Below, piece after piece: positions 45,693 through 55,587 of a DNA stretch of 64,000 bases. Position 1 is the first letter of the stretch; each line of letters starts with the position of its first letter. Source of the DNA: an uncultured Actinomycetota bacterium (lineage in GTDB: Bacteria; Actinomycetota; Actinomycetes; Actinomycetales; Dermatophilaceae); contig CAVSDQ010000016.1 of NCBI GenBank assembly GCA_963726675.1, positions 131,126 through 195,125 of the forward strand, in the 5' to 3' direction. The notes under the pieces are model-generated. The model saw only the letters and a list, made by a program, of their open reading frames with translations, had not been told where the DNA came from and did no database searches. A program made the translations under genes and the position numbers.

Positions 45693-46109
45693 TCAGCTGG
45701 TTGCCTTCACCGCTAGAACCGCGCAGTTCGCTTCGAGGAGCACCTGCTGTGAGTTGCTTCCCATCACGAGCTTGCCTACGGGGCTGCGTCGACGGAGGCC
45801 GATGACGATCAGCTCGGCCGCCAGCTCGTCAGCGATGGACACCAGATCACTGGCTGGGTCTTGGCCACGGGCGACACGTCGAACCGTGACCGCAACGCCC
45901 GCAGCCTCTATGCCAGACCGAATCCCATCAAGTTCGGAATCGTCTTCAGCCGGGGCGTGCTCGGGCTCGTCGCGACCGCGCTGGGAACTGACCACGATCA
46001 GGGGAGCCGAACGAAGCCTCGCCTCCGCAACGGCTCGCTGCAGCGCCGCCCGGCCTTCCGCCGTGTCGATGTAGCCCACGACGACCGGGCTATTGCTCGT
46101 AGTTCCCAT
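45693..46109 (-). CDS. Universal stress protein
   Basis: VVVGY, IVIGLRRRSPVGKLVMGS, AVLAVK. Confidence 0.88.
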   Translation of the reverse strand: MGTTSNSPVVVGYIDTAEGRAALQRAVAEARLRSAPLIVVSSQRGRDEPEHAPAEDDSELDGIRSGIEAAGVAVTVRRVARGQDPASDLVSIADELAAELIVIGLRRRSPVGKLVMGSNSQQVLLEANCAVLAVKATS

Positions 46110-46221
46110 GTAGCGCCTCACTATCGCTGTGTTGGTGTTCTGGTTACCGGGCTGGTTCACGTGCGCGGTGAGCTGCGGGGCTTGCCTCATCGATAGCACG
46201 TTCCTCATCGCGCCTCACTTG

Positions 46222-47418
46222 TCAGCGGGCCTGGTAGTCCTCCAGCAGCCGGCGGCCGATGATCATCTTCTGGATCTCGGCGGTACCCTCGCCGATCAGC
46301 AGCATCGGCGCCTCGCGGTAGAGCCGCTCGATCTCGTACTCCTTGGAGTAGCCGTAGCCGCCGTGGATGCGGAAGCTCTGCTCGACCACGTTCGCGCAGT
46401 TCTCCGAGGCGAGGTACTTCGCCATCCCCGCCTCCAGGTCGTTGCGCTCGCCGGCGTCCTTGAGCCGAGCCGCCTTGACCATCATCTGGTGGCTGGCCTC
46501 GACCATGGTCGCCATGTCGGCGAGGCGGAACAGGATGCCCTGGTGCTCGGCGATCTTCTTGCCGAACGTCTCGCGCTGCTGCGAGTAGGCGATGCCCAGC
46601 TCGAACGCCCGCATCGACAGGCCACAGGCGCGGGCGGCGACGTTCACACGCCCCACCTCGACGCCGTCCATCATCTGGTAGAAGCCCTTGCCGGGCACCC
46701 CGCCGAGCAGCTGGGCGTCGGTGGTGCGGTGCCCCTCCATGATCAGCTCGGTGGTGTCGACTCCCTTGTAGCCCATCTTCTCGATCTTGCCGGGCACGGT
46801 GACGCCCTGGGCCGTCTCGCCGAAGCCGGAGGTCTTGTCGATGAGGAAGGTCGACATGTTCTTGTACGGGCTGTCGCTCTCACCGAGGTCGGTGCGCATG
46901 AGCACCGCCACGAGGTTCGAGGACCCGCCGTTGGTCAACCACATCTTCTGGCCGGTGAGCACCCACTCGTCACCCTCACGCACGGCCTTGGCGCGGATCG
47001 CCGCGACGTCGGAGCCCATCCCGGGCTCGGACATCGAGAACGCCCCGCGCACCTCGCCGGTCGCCATCCGCGGCAGGTAGCGCTGCTTCTGCTCCTCGGT
47101 GCCGTGCTGGAGGATCAGGTAGGCGACGATGAAGTGCGTGTTGATGATGCCGCTCACCGACATCCAGCCCCGCGCGATCTCCTCCACGACCAAGGCGTAG
47201 GTGAGCAGCGACTCGCCCAGGCCGCCGTACTCCTCGGGGATCATCAGTCCGAAGATCCCCATCTCCTTCATGCCCTCGACGATCTCGGTCGGGTATTCGT
47301 CCTTGTGCTCGAGCGCGGTCGCGACCGGGATGATCTGCTCGTTCACGAACTCGCGCACGAGCTTGACCAGCTCGTGCTGCTCCTCGGTCAAGTCCGCAGT
47401 CTGCGCCAGGCGGCTCAT
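46222..47418 (-). CDS. Acyl-CoA dehydrogenase (methylsuccinyl-CoA dehydrogenase-like)
   Basis: MSRLAQT, FSMSEPG.GSD, GQKMWLTNG, RIHGGYGY, IGEGTAEIQ. Confidence 0.9.
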   Translation of the reverse strand: MSRLAQTADLTEEQHELVKLVREFVNEQIIPVATALEHKDEYPTEIVEGMKEMGIFGLMIPEEYGGLGESLLTYALVVEEIARGWMSVSGIINTHFIVAYLILQHGTEEQKQRYLPRMATGEVRGAFSMSEPGMGSDVAAIRAKAVREGDEWVLTGQKMWLTNGGSSNLVAVLMRTDLGESDSPYKNMSTFLIDKTSGFGETAQGVTVPGKIEKMGYKGVDTTELIMEGHRTTDAQLLGGVPGKGFYQMMDGVEVGRVNVAARACGLSMRAFELGIAYSQQRETFGKKIAEHQGILFRLADMATMVEASHQMMVKAARLKDAGERNDLEAGMAKYLASENCANVVEQSFRIHGGYGYSKEYEIERLYREAPMLLIGEGTAEIQKMIIGRRLLEDYQAR

Positions 47419-47957
47419 TGTGAGTTCTCCTTCTCGGCCACCAGTGGGCCGGCTTTCGCCTGGGGGAAGTAGTCCTGACCGACGCCGGACGCTCGAGTCG
47501 GGACCATTACGGATCGCGTCCACGAAACCACCACGTCACCCTTTTGGTTCAAGCCACGGGTGATCATCGTGATGATGCCCATCCCCGGCCTGGAGGAGCT
47601 CTCTCGCTTGTCTGTGCAGACGCTCTCGGCGTACAGAGTGTCGCCGATGTAGACCGGGTGGGTTAGCCGGATATCGGTCCACCCCAGATTCGCCACGGCG
47701 TTCTGGCTCATATCCAGGACCGAGATTCCCAGTACCAGAGCCACGGTGAAGCCGCTGTTGACGATCACCTTGCCGTCGGTTATCGGGTTGGACTGCGCCA
47801 GATGGGCGTTGAAGTGGTTCTGGTTGGTGTTGCAGGTGAGCTGCGTGAACCACGTGCAGTCAGCCTCGGAGATGGTGCGGCCGAACCCGTGCTGGTAAAC
47901 ATCGCCGACGACGAAGTCGTCGTAGAACCGGCCAAGGACCGCCTCATGAGTTGTCAT
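47415..47957 (-). CDS. MaoC-family (R)-specific enoyl-CoA hydratase
   Basis: GRFYDDF.VG, GRTISEAD, N..HFN, ANLGW, PVYIGDTL. Confidence 0.87.
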   Translation of the reverse strand: MTTHEAVLGRFYDDFVVGDVYQHGFGRTISEADCTWFTQLTCNTNQNHFNAHLAQSNPITDGKVIVNSGFTVALVLGISVLDMSQNAVANLGWTDIRLTHPVYIGDTLYAESVCTDKRESSSRPGMGIITMITRGLNQKGDVVVSWTRSVMVPTRASGVGQDYFPQAKAGPLVAEKENSQ

Positions 47958-47958
47958 C

Positions 47959-48921
47959 TCAGCCCTCCGTCGGAGTGAAGGTTTGGGTGCGCGACATGCC
48001 GGCGGCCCGGCCCTTTGCGGATATGACCAGGGCCATCTTGCGGCTGGCCTCGTCGATCATCTCGTCGCCGAGCATGACCGCGCCGCGGGCACCACCCTCG
48101 GCGGAGGTGTAGTAGTCGTAGGCGTCGAGGATCAGCTCGGCATGGTCGAAGTCTTCCTGCCGCGGCGAGAACACCTCGTTGGCAGCCTGGACCTGACCGG
48201 GGTGCAGCACCCACTTGCCGTCGAAGCCCAACGCGGCGGCACGACCCGCGACCCGCTTGTAACCCTCGACGTCCTTGATCTGCAGGTAGGGACCGTCGAT
48301 CGCCTGCTTGTCGTGGGCGCGGGCGGCCATGAGGATCGACATCAGGATGTGGTGGTAGGCGTCGCCGACGTCGTACCCCTGCGGCTGCTCGCCCACCACG
48401 AGCGACTTCATGTTGATCGACGCCATGAAGTCCGCCGGCCCGAAGATGATCGTCTCCACGCGGGGCGACGACTCGGCGATCGCGTTCACGTTCGTCAGGC
48501 CCAGCGCGTTCTCGATCTGCGCCTCGATCCCGATGCGGCCGACGTCGAAGCCCATCGTCTTCTCGATCTGGGTCAGCAGGATGTCGAGCGCCATGACCTG
48601 CTCCGGCAACTGCACCTTCGGCAGCATGATGCAGTCAAGGTTGGACCCTGCGTTCTCGACCACCTCGACGACGTCGCGGTAGGTCCAGTGCGTCGTCCAG
48701 TCGTTCACCCGCACCGTGCGCACTTTGCCGTCGTACCCGCCCTCGTTCAGTGCGGCGACGATGTTCTTGCGCGCCTGCGGCTTCGCGAGCGGCGCGACCG
48801 CGTCCTCGAGGTCCATGAACAACTGGTCGACGGGGAGACCCTTGGCCTTGTCCAGCATCTTCGGGCTCGAGCCTGGGACCGCGAGGCATGACCGGCGGGA
48901 GCGGAATGCGGGCGGTGTCAC
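47959..48921 (-). CDS. CitE/malyl-CoA lyase family CoA-ester lyase
   Basis: RRSCLAVPGS, DLEDAVA, RVN, LPKV, QIE, FGPADF, GFDGKWVLHP. Confidence 0.9.
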   Translation of the reverse strand: MTPPAFRSRRSCLAVPGSSPKMLDKAKGLPVDQLFMDLEDAVAPLAKPQARKNIVAALNEGGYDGKVRTVRVNDWTTHWTYRDVVEVVENAGSNLDCIMLPKVQLPEQVMALDILLTQIEKTMGFDVGRIGIEAQIENALGLTNVNAIAESSPRVETIIFGPADFMASINMKSLVVGEQPQGYDVGDAYHHILMSILMAARAHDKQAIDGPYLQIKDVEGYKRVAGRAAALGFDGKWVLHPGQVQAANEVFSPRQEDFDHAELILDAYDYYTSAEGGARGAVMLGDEMIDEASRKMALVISAKGRAAGMSRTQTFTPTEG

Positions 48922-49406
48922 GTTGGGTCCTCTCAGGCGTCCGTCACATTCAGACGGCAATGTGGGTAAGCGCTCAAGAGCACTTGGAACTGGCGGAGCA
49001 CGACGACCGCACACTGGCCGGCGGAGCCGCGTGCGGGAGGCCATGTGGGAGTCAGGTCCTGGGCTCGCCGACCTAGGACCGCCTCGTGGGTGGCCGCGTC
49101 ATTTCGACCCTATCCTATATTGTGCACGATAGTAGTCAGTGTGGCCCGCTTCACCCATAAACGCAAGGCGCGCACATCGGCACGTGCGGGCTAGCCACTG
49201 CTTGGCGCACAAACGGGCCCGTGGCCGGCCGCCCTCACTCAGGCGGGCGAACCCTCGTCAGCCCTCGTCAGACGACCGCGACAGCGCATGTCACGGCCGC
49301 CGGACTCAGACGCTACCCGGGTATCTCGTGGTTCCTATATCGTATATTCTACTTCCATCCCCAGTCCCCGGCATGCTGCAGCCATTCACATCGGAGGATC
49401 GCGTCG

Positions 49407-51464
49407 ATGTCAACCACCCCGTCGTCCGGAGTCGCTCCGGCCAATGCTGCTACACCTGCCGGATTGAAGTGGCTGGCAGGCACCCGTGTCGTGGCCCTGG
49501 GTGCCACGCCGTCGATGCAGGTGGCCGCGCGAGTCCTCGCTCAGTTCGGTGCCGACGTGACGGAGCGTCGAAAGCTTCGGCCTGACGGTGTGGGCCTCGA
49601 CGCGGACATCGTGCTCGTCGACCGCATCGCCGGCCCAGAGGGTCTTCCAGCGCCTGCGAGGTCAGCCGCGGGGTACCTCGATTACGTGCGCCGCGCCAAT
49701 GACGGCGTATGGGTGACCGCGAGCGCGTACGGGTTGCAGACGTCGCGCGCCGACCTCCTGGGATCCGACGCAGTGGCACTCGCAGCGGGCGGAGTGCTCG
49801 GGCACTCCGTCGCGGGATCCGGGGTTCCGATCCTGCCTGCCGGCCAAATCGCCCTCAGCCTTGTCGGCGTCTTCATGGCCACCGCGGCACTGCACGGTGT
49901 GCACGAGCTGCGAGCATCAGGCACGCCCGTGCATGCGGATCTCTCCGCCCAGGCCTCTGTCATCTCCTCGGGCATGTGTCTCGAGATGGCGCACGCGCTG
50001 GCGCGCTGCCCCGACGCTGGAGGCACTTCCCGCTACGGCGCTCCAACCGGCTTCTTCGGCTGCCGCGACGGCTCGGTCTACATCGTGGTTTTGGAACAGC
50101 ACCAGTGGGAGGCGTTCCGCAGCTCGCTCGCGCCGCTCCTCGACGACATCGGAACGATCGAAGAGGCACGGACAAACGCCGACCTCGTCAATACCATCGT
50201 CGCGAAGTGGACCTCCAAGCGAGAGCGCCTCGAGTGTGAGCGCATTCTCCAAGCGGCAGGTGTGCCCTGCACCTCGGTCAACACGATGGAGGAGTTCCGG
50301 ACGCGGGCACACCACGCCGGCCGACTGGATGAGACCGTCGACGATCTGGACCCGGTCCCCGGTCTTGTCCGAGCGTCCACGGGTGCCTCTTCCGGCCCGC
50401 GAGGCGGCAAGCCGCTTGACCAGCTGATGGTGCTCGACGCCGGACACGTGCTCGCAGTCCCACTCGCGACTGCATGGCTCGGCGCGATGGGCGCGATGGT
50501 CACCAAGCTCGAGGACCCAGAACGGCTTGACGTGTACCGCAGACGCGGCCCGTTCGCCGCGGGCGTCCACGGGCTCAATCGCAGCGCCTACTTCAACCAG
50601 GTGAACTACAGCAAGACAGGCATGGATGTCTCGGTCTCGGAGGGGGGGTCGACCTTGGACGCAAGCGCCTTCGACGTCATCGTCCACAACCTCACGCCGC
50701 GCCGAGCGCGAGCCGTCGGGGTCGATGCGGACACCGTCCTGAACATGCAGGCGGGCCAGCTGTGCGTCACATCGAGCGGCTTCGGGGCCTCCGGAGAATG
50801 GTCGGGCTACCGGGCCTACGGTCACAACATCCACGCATTCGCCGGCTTGGTCGCAGCCAGCCAGGACTCCATGGGCAATATGGCGGACGTGGGCACGCCG
50901 TGGGCTGATCCCTTGTCGGCGGCCAGCATCGCAACGTGGATCCTCGCGTGGTCGCTGACCGACGGTGAGCGGCGGACCGTTTCCGCAGACCTCTCCATGG
51001 CAGAGCTCATGGCCAGCCAGCTGTCGTCGCTCGAAGGGGCGCACCCGAACGACTACTACATCAACGGTCCCAAGCGCTGGGACTTCTTCGTCCAAGCTCC
51101 AGCCGACCAGGTACTTGTTGCGGTGACGCTGACGGCGGGTCAGCACGCGGCGTGGCTTCAGCGCTTCGGAGCCGATTGTCGACCTCCCGACCGCCGCGCA
51201 AGCCTCCTCACGGCGCCGCTCGAGGTGCTCACAGATCAGAACGGGGAAGGAGTCGCGAACGCACTGCAGCGTGAAGGCTTCGCAGCCGCCCACGTCACCA
51301 ACGCAGAGCAACTTGCCGACGACTCGTTCGTCCACGGTACCGGCCTGTTCCAGACCGTGCACTCGGTCGACTTGGGCGACTATGAAGTGACCGGTCTCCC
51401 GTGGGTATTCGTCGGGGCCGGGCGGCCCACCGCCACCGCGCCGCCGGAGCGATCGCTGGTATAG
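49407..51464 (+). CDS. Two-domain family III (CaiB/BaiF) CoA transferase, divergent
   Basis: LAGTRVV..LAQFGADV (domain 1); PLDQLMVLD..LGAMGA.VTKLE, SSGFG, WADP (domain 2). Confidence 0.78.
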   Translation: MSTTPSSGVAPANAATPAGLKWLAGTRVVALGATPSMQVAARVLAQFGADVTERRKLRPDGVGLDADIVLVDRIAGPEGLPAPARSAAGYLDYVRRANDGVWVTASAYGLQTSRADLLGSDAVALAAGGVLGHSVAGSGVPILPAGQIALSLVGVFMATAALHGVHELRASGTPVHADLSAQASVISSGMCLEMAHALARCPDAGGTSRYGAPTGFFGCRDGSVYIVVLEQHQWEAFRSSLAPLLDDIGTIEEARTNADLVNTIVAKWTSKRERLECERILQAAGVPCTSVNTMEEFRTRAHHAGRLDETVDDLDPVPGLVRASTGASSGPRGGKPLDQLMVLDAGHVLAVPLATAWLGAMGAMVTKLEDPERLDVYRRRGPFAAGVHGLNRSAYFNQVNYSKTGMDVSVSEGGSTLDASAFDVIVHNLTPRRARAVGVDADTVLNMQAGQLCVTSSGFGASGEWSGYRAYGHNIHAFAGLVAASQDSMGNMADVGTPWADPLSAASIATWILAWSLTDGERRTVSADLSMAELMASQLSSLEGAHPNDYYINGPKRWDFFVQAPADQVLVAVTLTAGQHAAWLQRFGADCRPPDRRASLLTAPLEVLTDQNGEGVANALQREGFAAAHVTNAEQLADDSFVHGTGLFQTVHSVDLGDYEVTGLPWVFVGAGRPTATAPPERSLV

Positions 51465-51751
51465 AGGCCTGGGCCATGCCGTCCCGCCGGGTAGATCTGG
51501 AGCCCGTCCGGTGGATCATGCGCCAGCAGGGGACTTGACCTGCCCCGAAGCGGTGGCTGCGGGCCTTCTTGTCCCAGAGGGTGGAGATGGCTCGCCCGCT
51601 CGGGGCGGCCGCAGCCGCGTTCGCCGACGTTGCGCTGCTTGCCGCGGCCTTCATGTGCGACTCACTCCGATTCCCTCGCAGCCTGACTCAGGAATGCCGT
51701 CCGGCTGCTGCGTGGGGTGCAACAAAGTCTTCAGTGGGCCCGTGCACTAGC

Positions 51752-52702
51752 TCACAGTCGGTTCAGCGCATTGCGTCTATACGACATCGCGAGCTGCGAG
51801 ATCCTGCACGATGGCACGAAGACGTCGAATCCGTGAGGAACGCCGGGATGCACGTGGAGCTCGGTCTCGATGCCGGCCTGCATCAGCCTGTGCGCATAGG
51901 AGAGGCCTTCGTCCCGGAAGACGTCCATCTGACCGAACTCGATGTACGCGGGCGGGAGGCCGGTGAAGTCGTCCAGGCGAGCTGCCGCGGCATATGGGGA
52001 GACATCAGGACCACCGATTGAATCACCGAGGACTGCCGTCCAGCCGGTGATGTTGTCGTCGTACGTCCAGGGGGCGAACGGCGCAAGGTCCGGGTCCGGC
52101 GTCGTGTTCCGGTCGTCCAGCATCGGATAGACGAGGATCTGCTGGGCCAGTCGGGGACCATCATGGTCTCTGGCATAGATGGCCAGGCTCGCCGCCACTC
52201 CCCCACCACCGCTGTCCCCCATGACCGCGATGCGATCCACGTCTATGTGCAGATCCCCCGCGGCTCCGACGAGCCATTGAAGGGCGGCATAGCAGTCCGT
52301 GACGGGCGTCGGAGCGGGGAACTCAGGCGCATATCGGTAGTCGACCGACAGGAACGGGACGCCGGTAGCTCCGACATATCGGGCTACCGGTGGATCGTAG
52401 ATCTCGGCCGAACTGGCAATCATGCCGCCCCCGTGCACATACAGAACCACCGGGCCGTCGGGGGCGCCCGCCTTCTGATACCACCGAAGCGAGATGTCGG
52501 CGCCGTCGTTCGCCGTGGCTGCGAACTCTTGGATCGTGACATCAGGGGGGTACTCGGGCATCCCATGAATCAGCCGCTGGAGGCTCCCGATCGTCTCGCG
52601 ACGGGTCGCGACGTCCCCCACCGGGATCGGCTCAACCACCCCGAGTTTCGGCAGGAGCTCCGCCAGGCCCACAGCAAATTCCTCATCCAGCACGCTTGCC
52701 AT
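51752..52702 (-). CDS. HSL-family esterase/lipase
   Basis: HGGG, DYRYAPE, GDSGGG, D.FRDE, VPHGF. Confidence 0.9.
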   Translation of the reverse strand: MASVLDEEFAVGLAELLPKLGVVEPIPVGDVATRRETIGSLQRLIHGMPEYPPDVTIQEFAATANDGADISLRWYQKAGAPDGPVVLYVHGGGMIASSAEIYDPPVARYVGATGVPFLSVDYRYAPEFPAPTPVTDCYAALQWLVGAAGDLHIDVDRIAVMGDSGGGGVAASLAIYARDHDGPRLAQQILVYPMLDDRNTTPDPDLAPFAPWTYDDNITGWTAVLGDSIGGPDVSPYAAAARLDDFTGLPPAYIEFGQMDVFRDEGLSYAHRLMQAGIETELHVHPGVPHGFDVFVPSCRISQLAMSYRRNALNRL

Positions 52703-52873
52703 GCCCCGTTCCCCTTTTCGAAGAGCCTCGAGTGCGGTCGATGTCAGTTCGATCGCGTCAGTGTCATGGTACAGCCCGTGGGCCCAAACCGTACATCATA
52801 TTTTACTAGCGACATTGTCATGTCAACAGACTCCAGTTGCGTGACGAGGCGGCGCAGGCCTCATTGACGCTGC

Positions 52874-54022
52874 CTACTGGGCGAAGCTCTTGATGAGCTT
52901 GCGCGCGATGATGAGCTTCTGGATCTCGCTGGTCCCCTCGTAGAGTCGCAAGAGGCGGGCATCACGATAGAAGCGCTCAACCGGCACGTCCCGCATATAG
53001 CCCAGGCCCCCGTGAATCTGCACGGCCCTGTCGGCGACTCGGCCGACCATCTCAGTACAGAAGAGCTTCACGCTCGATGGGGCAACCGAGCGATCCGAAC
53101 CGTCATCGAAGCGCCGCGCGGCTTCGAGCACCATGGACTCTCCAGCAAAAGCTTCGGCCTCACTCTCGGCCAGCATCGCCTGCACGAGCTGGAACTCCCC
53201 CAGCGTCTTACCGCCCTGGTGGCTTGTCGTTGCATGCTTCAAGCTCTCGTAGACCAGACGCTTTGCCATTCCGACCGACAAGGCGGCAATGTGGATCCTT
53301 CCCTTGACCAGGGACCGCATCGCGATCGAGAAGCCCTGCCCCTCAACCTCACCCACCAAGGTCTCGGCCGCGACGACCACATCGTCAAAGAACACCTCTG
53401 ATGACGTCGCACCGCGTTGACCCATCTTGGCGTCCTTCGGTCCTATGGTCACTCCCTCAGCTGCTGTGGGCACGACGAAGACCGAGATGTTCTTTGCTCC
53501 ATCCGAAGGCTTGCCGGTCCGAGCGAAGACCATGAGCAGGTCTGACGTCCCTGCATTGGTGATGAAGCGCTTCTGCCCGTTGATGACATAGTCGCCCCCC
53601 CTGCGCTCTGCCCTCGTCCGCAGGCCGCTCGGATCCGACCCCGCCTCGGGTTCAGTCAGCGCGAAAGAGGCGACAAACTGCCCACTCGCCAGCCCCGGCA
53701 GCCAACGCTCACGCTGGGCCTTTGTGCCGGCGTTGACCAGAACCTGGCCGGCGATGCCGTTGTTGGTACCGAACATCGAACGGAAGCTGAGCGTCGTCCA
53801 GCCGAACTCCATGGCCAGCCGCGCGTCCTCGTAGGCGCTGAGCCCCAGCCCGCCGTACTCCTCCGGGATCATGTAGCCGAACAGACCCATGTCCCGCGCC
53901 ATCGCTCGAAGTCGGTCGGGGATTCGATCAGTCTCTTCGATCTCCCCCTCGGCCGGCACGACCTCGTTGCGGACGAGGGCGCGAACAACCTCGAGCATCT
54001 GGTCAAACTCATTGCTACTCAA
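52874..54022 (-). CDS. Acyl-CoA dehydrogenase
   Basis: FALTEPEAGSD, GQKRFITNA, QIHGGLGY, LYEGTSEIQ. Confidence 0.92.
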   Translation of the reverse strand: MSSNEFDQMLEVVRALVRNEVVPAEGEIEETDRIPDRLRAMARDMGLFGYMIPEEYGGLGLSAYEDARLAMEFGWTTLSFRSMFGTNNGIAGQVLVNAGTKAQRERWLPGLASGQFVASFALTEPEAGSDPSGLRTRAERRGGDYVINGQKRFITNAGTSDLLMVFARTGKPSDGAKNISVFVVPTAAEGVTIGPKDAKMGQRGATSSEVFFDDVVVAAETLVGEVEGQGFSIAMRSLVKGRIHIAALSVGMAKRLVYESLKHATTSHQGGKTLGEFQLVQAMLAESEAEAFAGESMVLEAARRFDDGSDRSVAPSSVKLFCTEMVGRVADRAVQIHGGLGYMRDVPVERFYRDARLLRLYEGTSEIQKLIIARKLIKSFAQ

Positions 54023-54108
54023 TGCGTCACCATTCCTATCTTCTTACCAAGGACCCGAGGGCCAACGTGCGGTTCCCACGCCGAGAACGGTTGGCGAGGA
54101 CTCAGGTC

Positions 54109-55260
54109 TCACTTCCTCGCCTCGCCCGCCAGCTCCGCTCTGATTGCTTCGGTATGTTGACCAAGGTCCGGAACGCTGCCCGGGGTGAATGACCATTCCT
54201 CGCTGAGCGCAGGCGGCCGAAGCGCGGCTACCGGGCCGCCGGGCGTCATCACGCTGACCCAACGATCACGCGAGCGAAGCTGTTCATGCGCTGCCAGGTC
54301 ACGCACACCGTTGAGGCGAGCCTGGCCGACACCCGCAGCATCTGCCCGACGCTGGATGTCCTCGAGCGTATGGAGGGCGCACCAGTCCTGGATGAGGTCA
54401 TCGAGCTCTCCGCGCCGAGCCACCCTGTCCCGGTTCCTCGCATACCCCGGGTCTTCTGCAAGCTCGGGGCGCTCAAGGACCTTTTCGGCGAACCTTCTCC
54501 ACTCGTGATCGCTCGTTGTCCCCAGGACCACGACGTGGCCATCCAGCGTCTCGTATGCGGCATAAGGCGCGACCATGGGCGAGCCCATCCCTACCGGCTC
54601 TGGCTCGATACCCGTGTGGATGTACTGGTTGAGCGCAAAGCCCATCATCTCCGCAGCAACATCGAACATGGCGACAGGGATGACAGCGCCTAAGCCTGTT
54701 CGTTGACGGACGAAGAGTGCCGCCAGTATCGCTGAGAACGCGTAGAGAGCGGTTCCGATGTCGGCGATGGGGATACCGGGCTTAGCGGGGTTCCCGGGCC
54801 AGCCAGTCAGCCGGCAGGACCCGGACTCCGACTGGATCAGGAGATCGTATGCTCTCCGCTCGCTCAGCGGCCCACCCCGCCCATACCCGGAGATGTCGAC
54901 GATGATGAGTGCTGGATATCGCTCAGCGAGGGAGTCTGTGCTCAGGCCCAACCGGGAAAGAGCCCCGGGCGCCAAATTGCTGACGAAGACGTCGGTCCTC
55001 CCAATCAGCTGCTCGAGGGTCTCGCGATCGCCGTCCAGAGATAGGTCGAGCGCTATGGACTCCTTGCCGGCGTTGAGCCACACGAAGTGCGCGCTCAGAC
55101 CATGAATGATGTGGTCGTAGTGACGGGTCGAGTCTCCACCGCGAGGATGTTCGACCTTGATCACACGAGCGCCGAGGTCGGCCAGGTGCCTCGTGCAAAG
55201 AGGCGCCGAGATCGCCTGCTCGAGTGCTAGGACATTCACGCCCTGCAGGGGACGGCCCAC
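54109..55260 (-). CDS. Family III CoA transferase (CaiB/BaiF)
   Basis: LADLGARVIKVE, WLNAGKES, AYDLLIQSESG, IADIG. Confidence 0.92.
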   Translation of the reverse strand: MGRPLQGVNVLALEQAISAPLCTRHLADLGARVIKVEHPRGGDSTRHYDHIIHGLSAHFVWLNAGKESIALDLSLDGDRETLEQLIGRTDVFVSNLAPGALSRLGLSTDSLAERYPALIIVDISGYGRGGPLSERRAYDLLIQSESGSCRLTGWPGNPAKPGIPIADIGTALYAFSAILAALFVRQRTGLGAVIPVAMFDVAAEMMGFALNQYIHTGIEPEPVGMGSPMVAPYAAYETLDGHVVVLGTTSDHEWRRFAEKVLERPELAEDPGYARNRDRVARRGELDDLIQDWCALHTLEDIQRRADAAGVGQARLNGVRDLAAHEQLRSRDRWVSVMTPGGPVAALRPPALSEEWSFTPGSVPDLGQHTEAIRAELAGEARK

Positions 55261-55424
55261 GTCAACTCCTCACTCATCCAGGTCGGTAGAGCAGTTGCGT
55301 CGGGGCCATCCGGCCTGAGCCACAACCCCATTCGATGACGATGGAAGCGCCCATGGAGGCCGTTGGGTCGGATAACGGCGCCCATTGTGGTCTGGTTCCC
55401 ACGAGCCATCGAACGTGACGCTCG

Positions 55425-55563
55425 ATCATATATCATGTGCAGGACGCACCGGCAAGGCTCCGGAACGCCGCGCTCCCACCACCGGCGATCGGCTCCTCCC
55501 ACAACCGAACCGGCAGCCTCCTCGGTTCGAATCTGCTGACGAATCAAGTATCATATTTGATAC
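55425..55563. promoter_or_regulatory. Operator-like sites between divergent CoA transferases
   Basis: ATCATATATCATG (55425-55437) and palindrome GTATCA-TATT-TGATAC (55548-55563). Confidence 0.55.
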
Positions 55564-55587
55564 ATCACAAGATGAGAGTAGGCGCAG

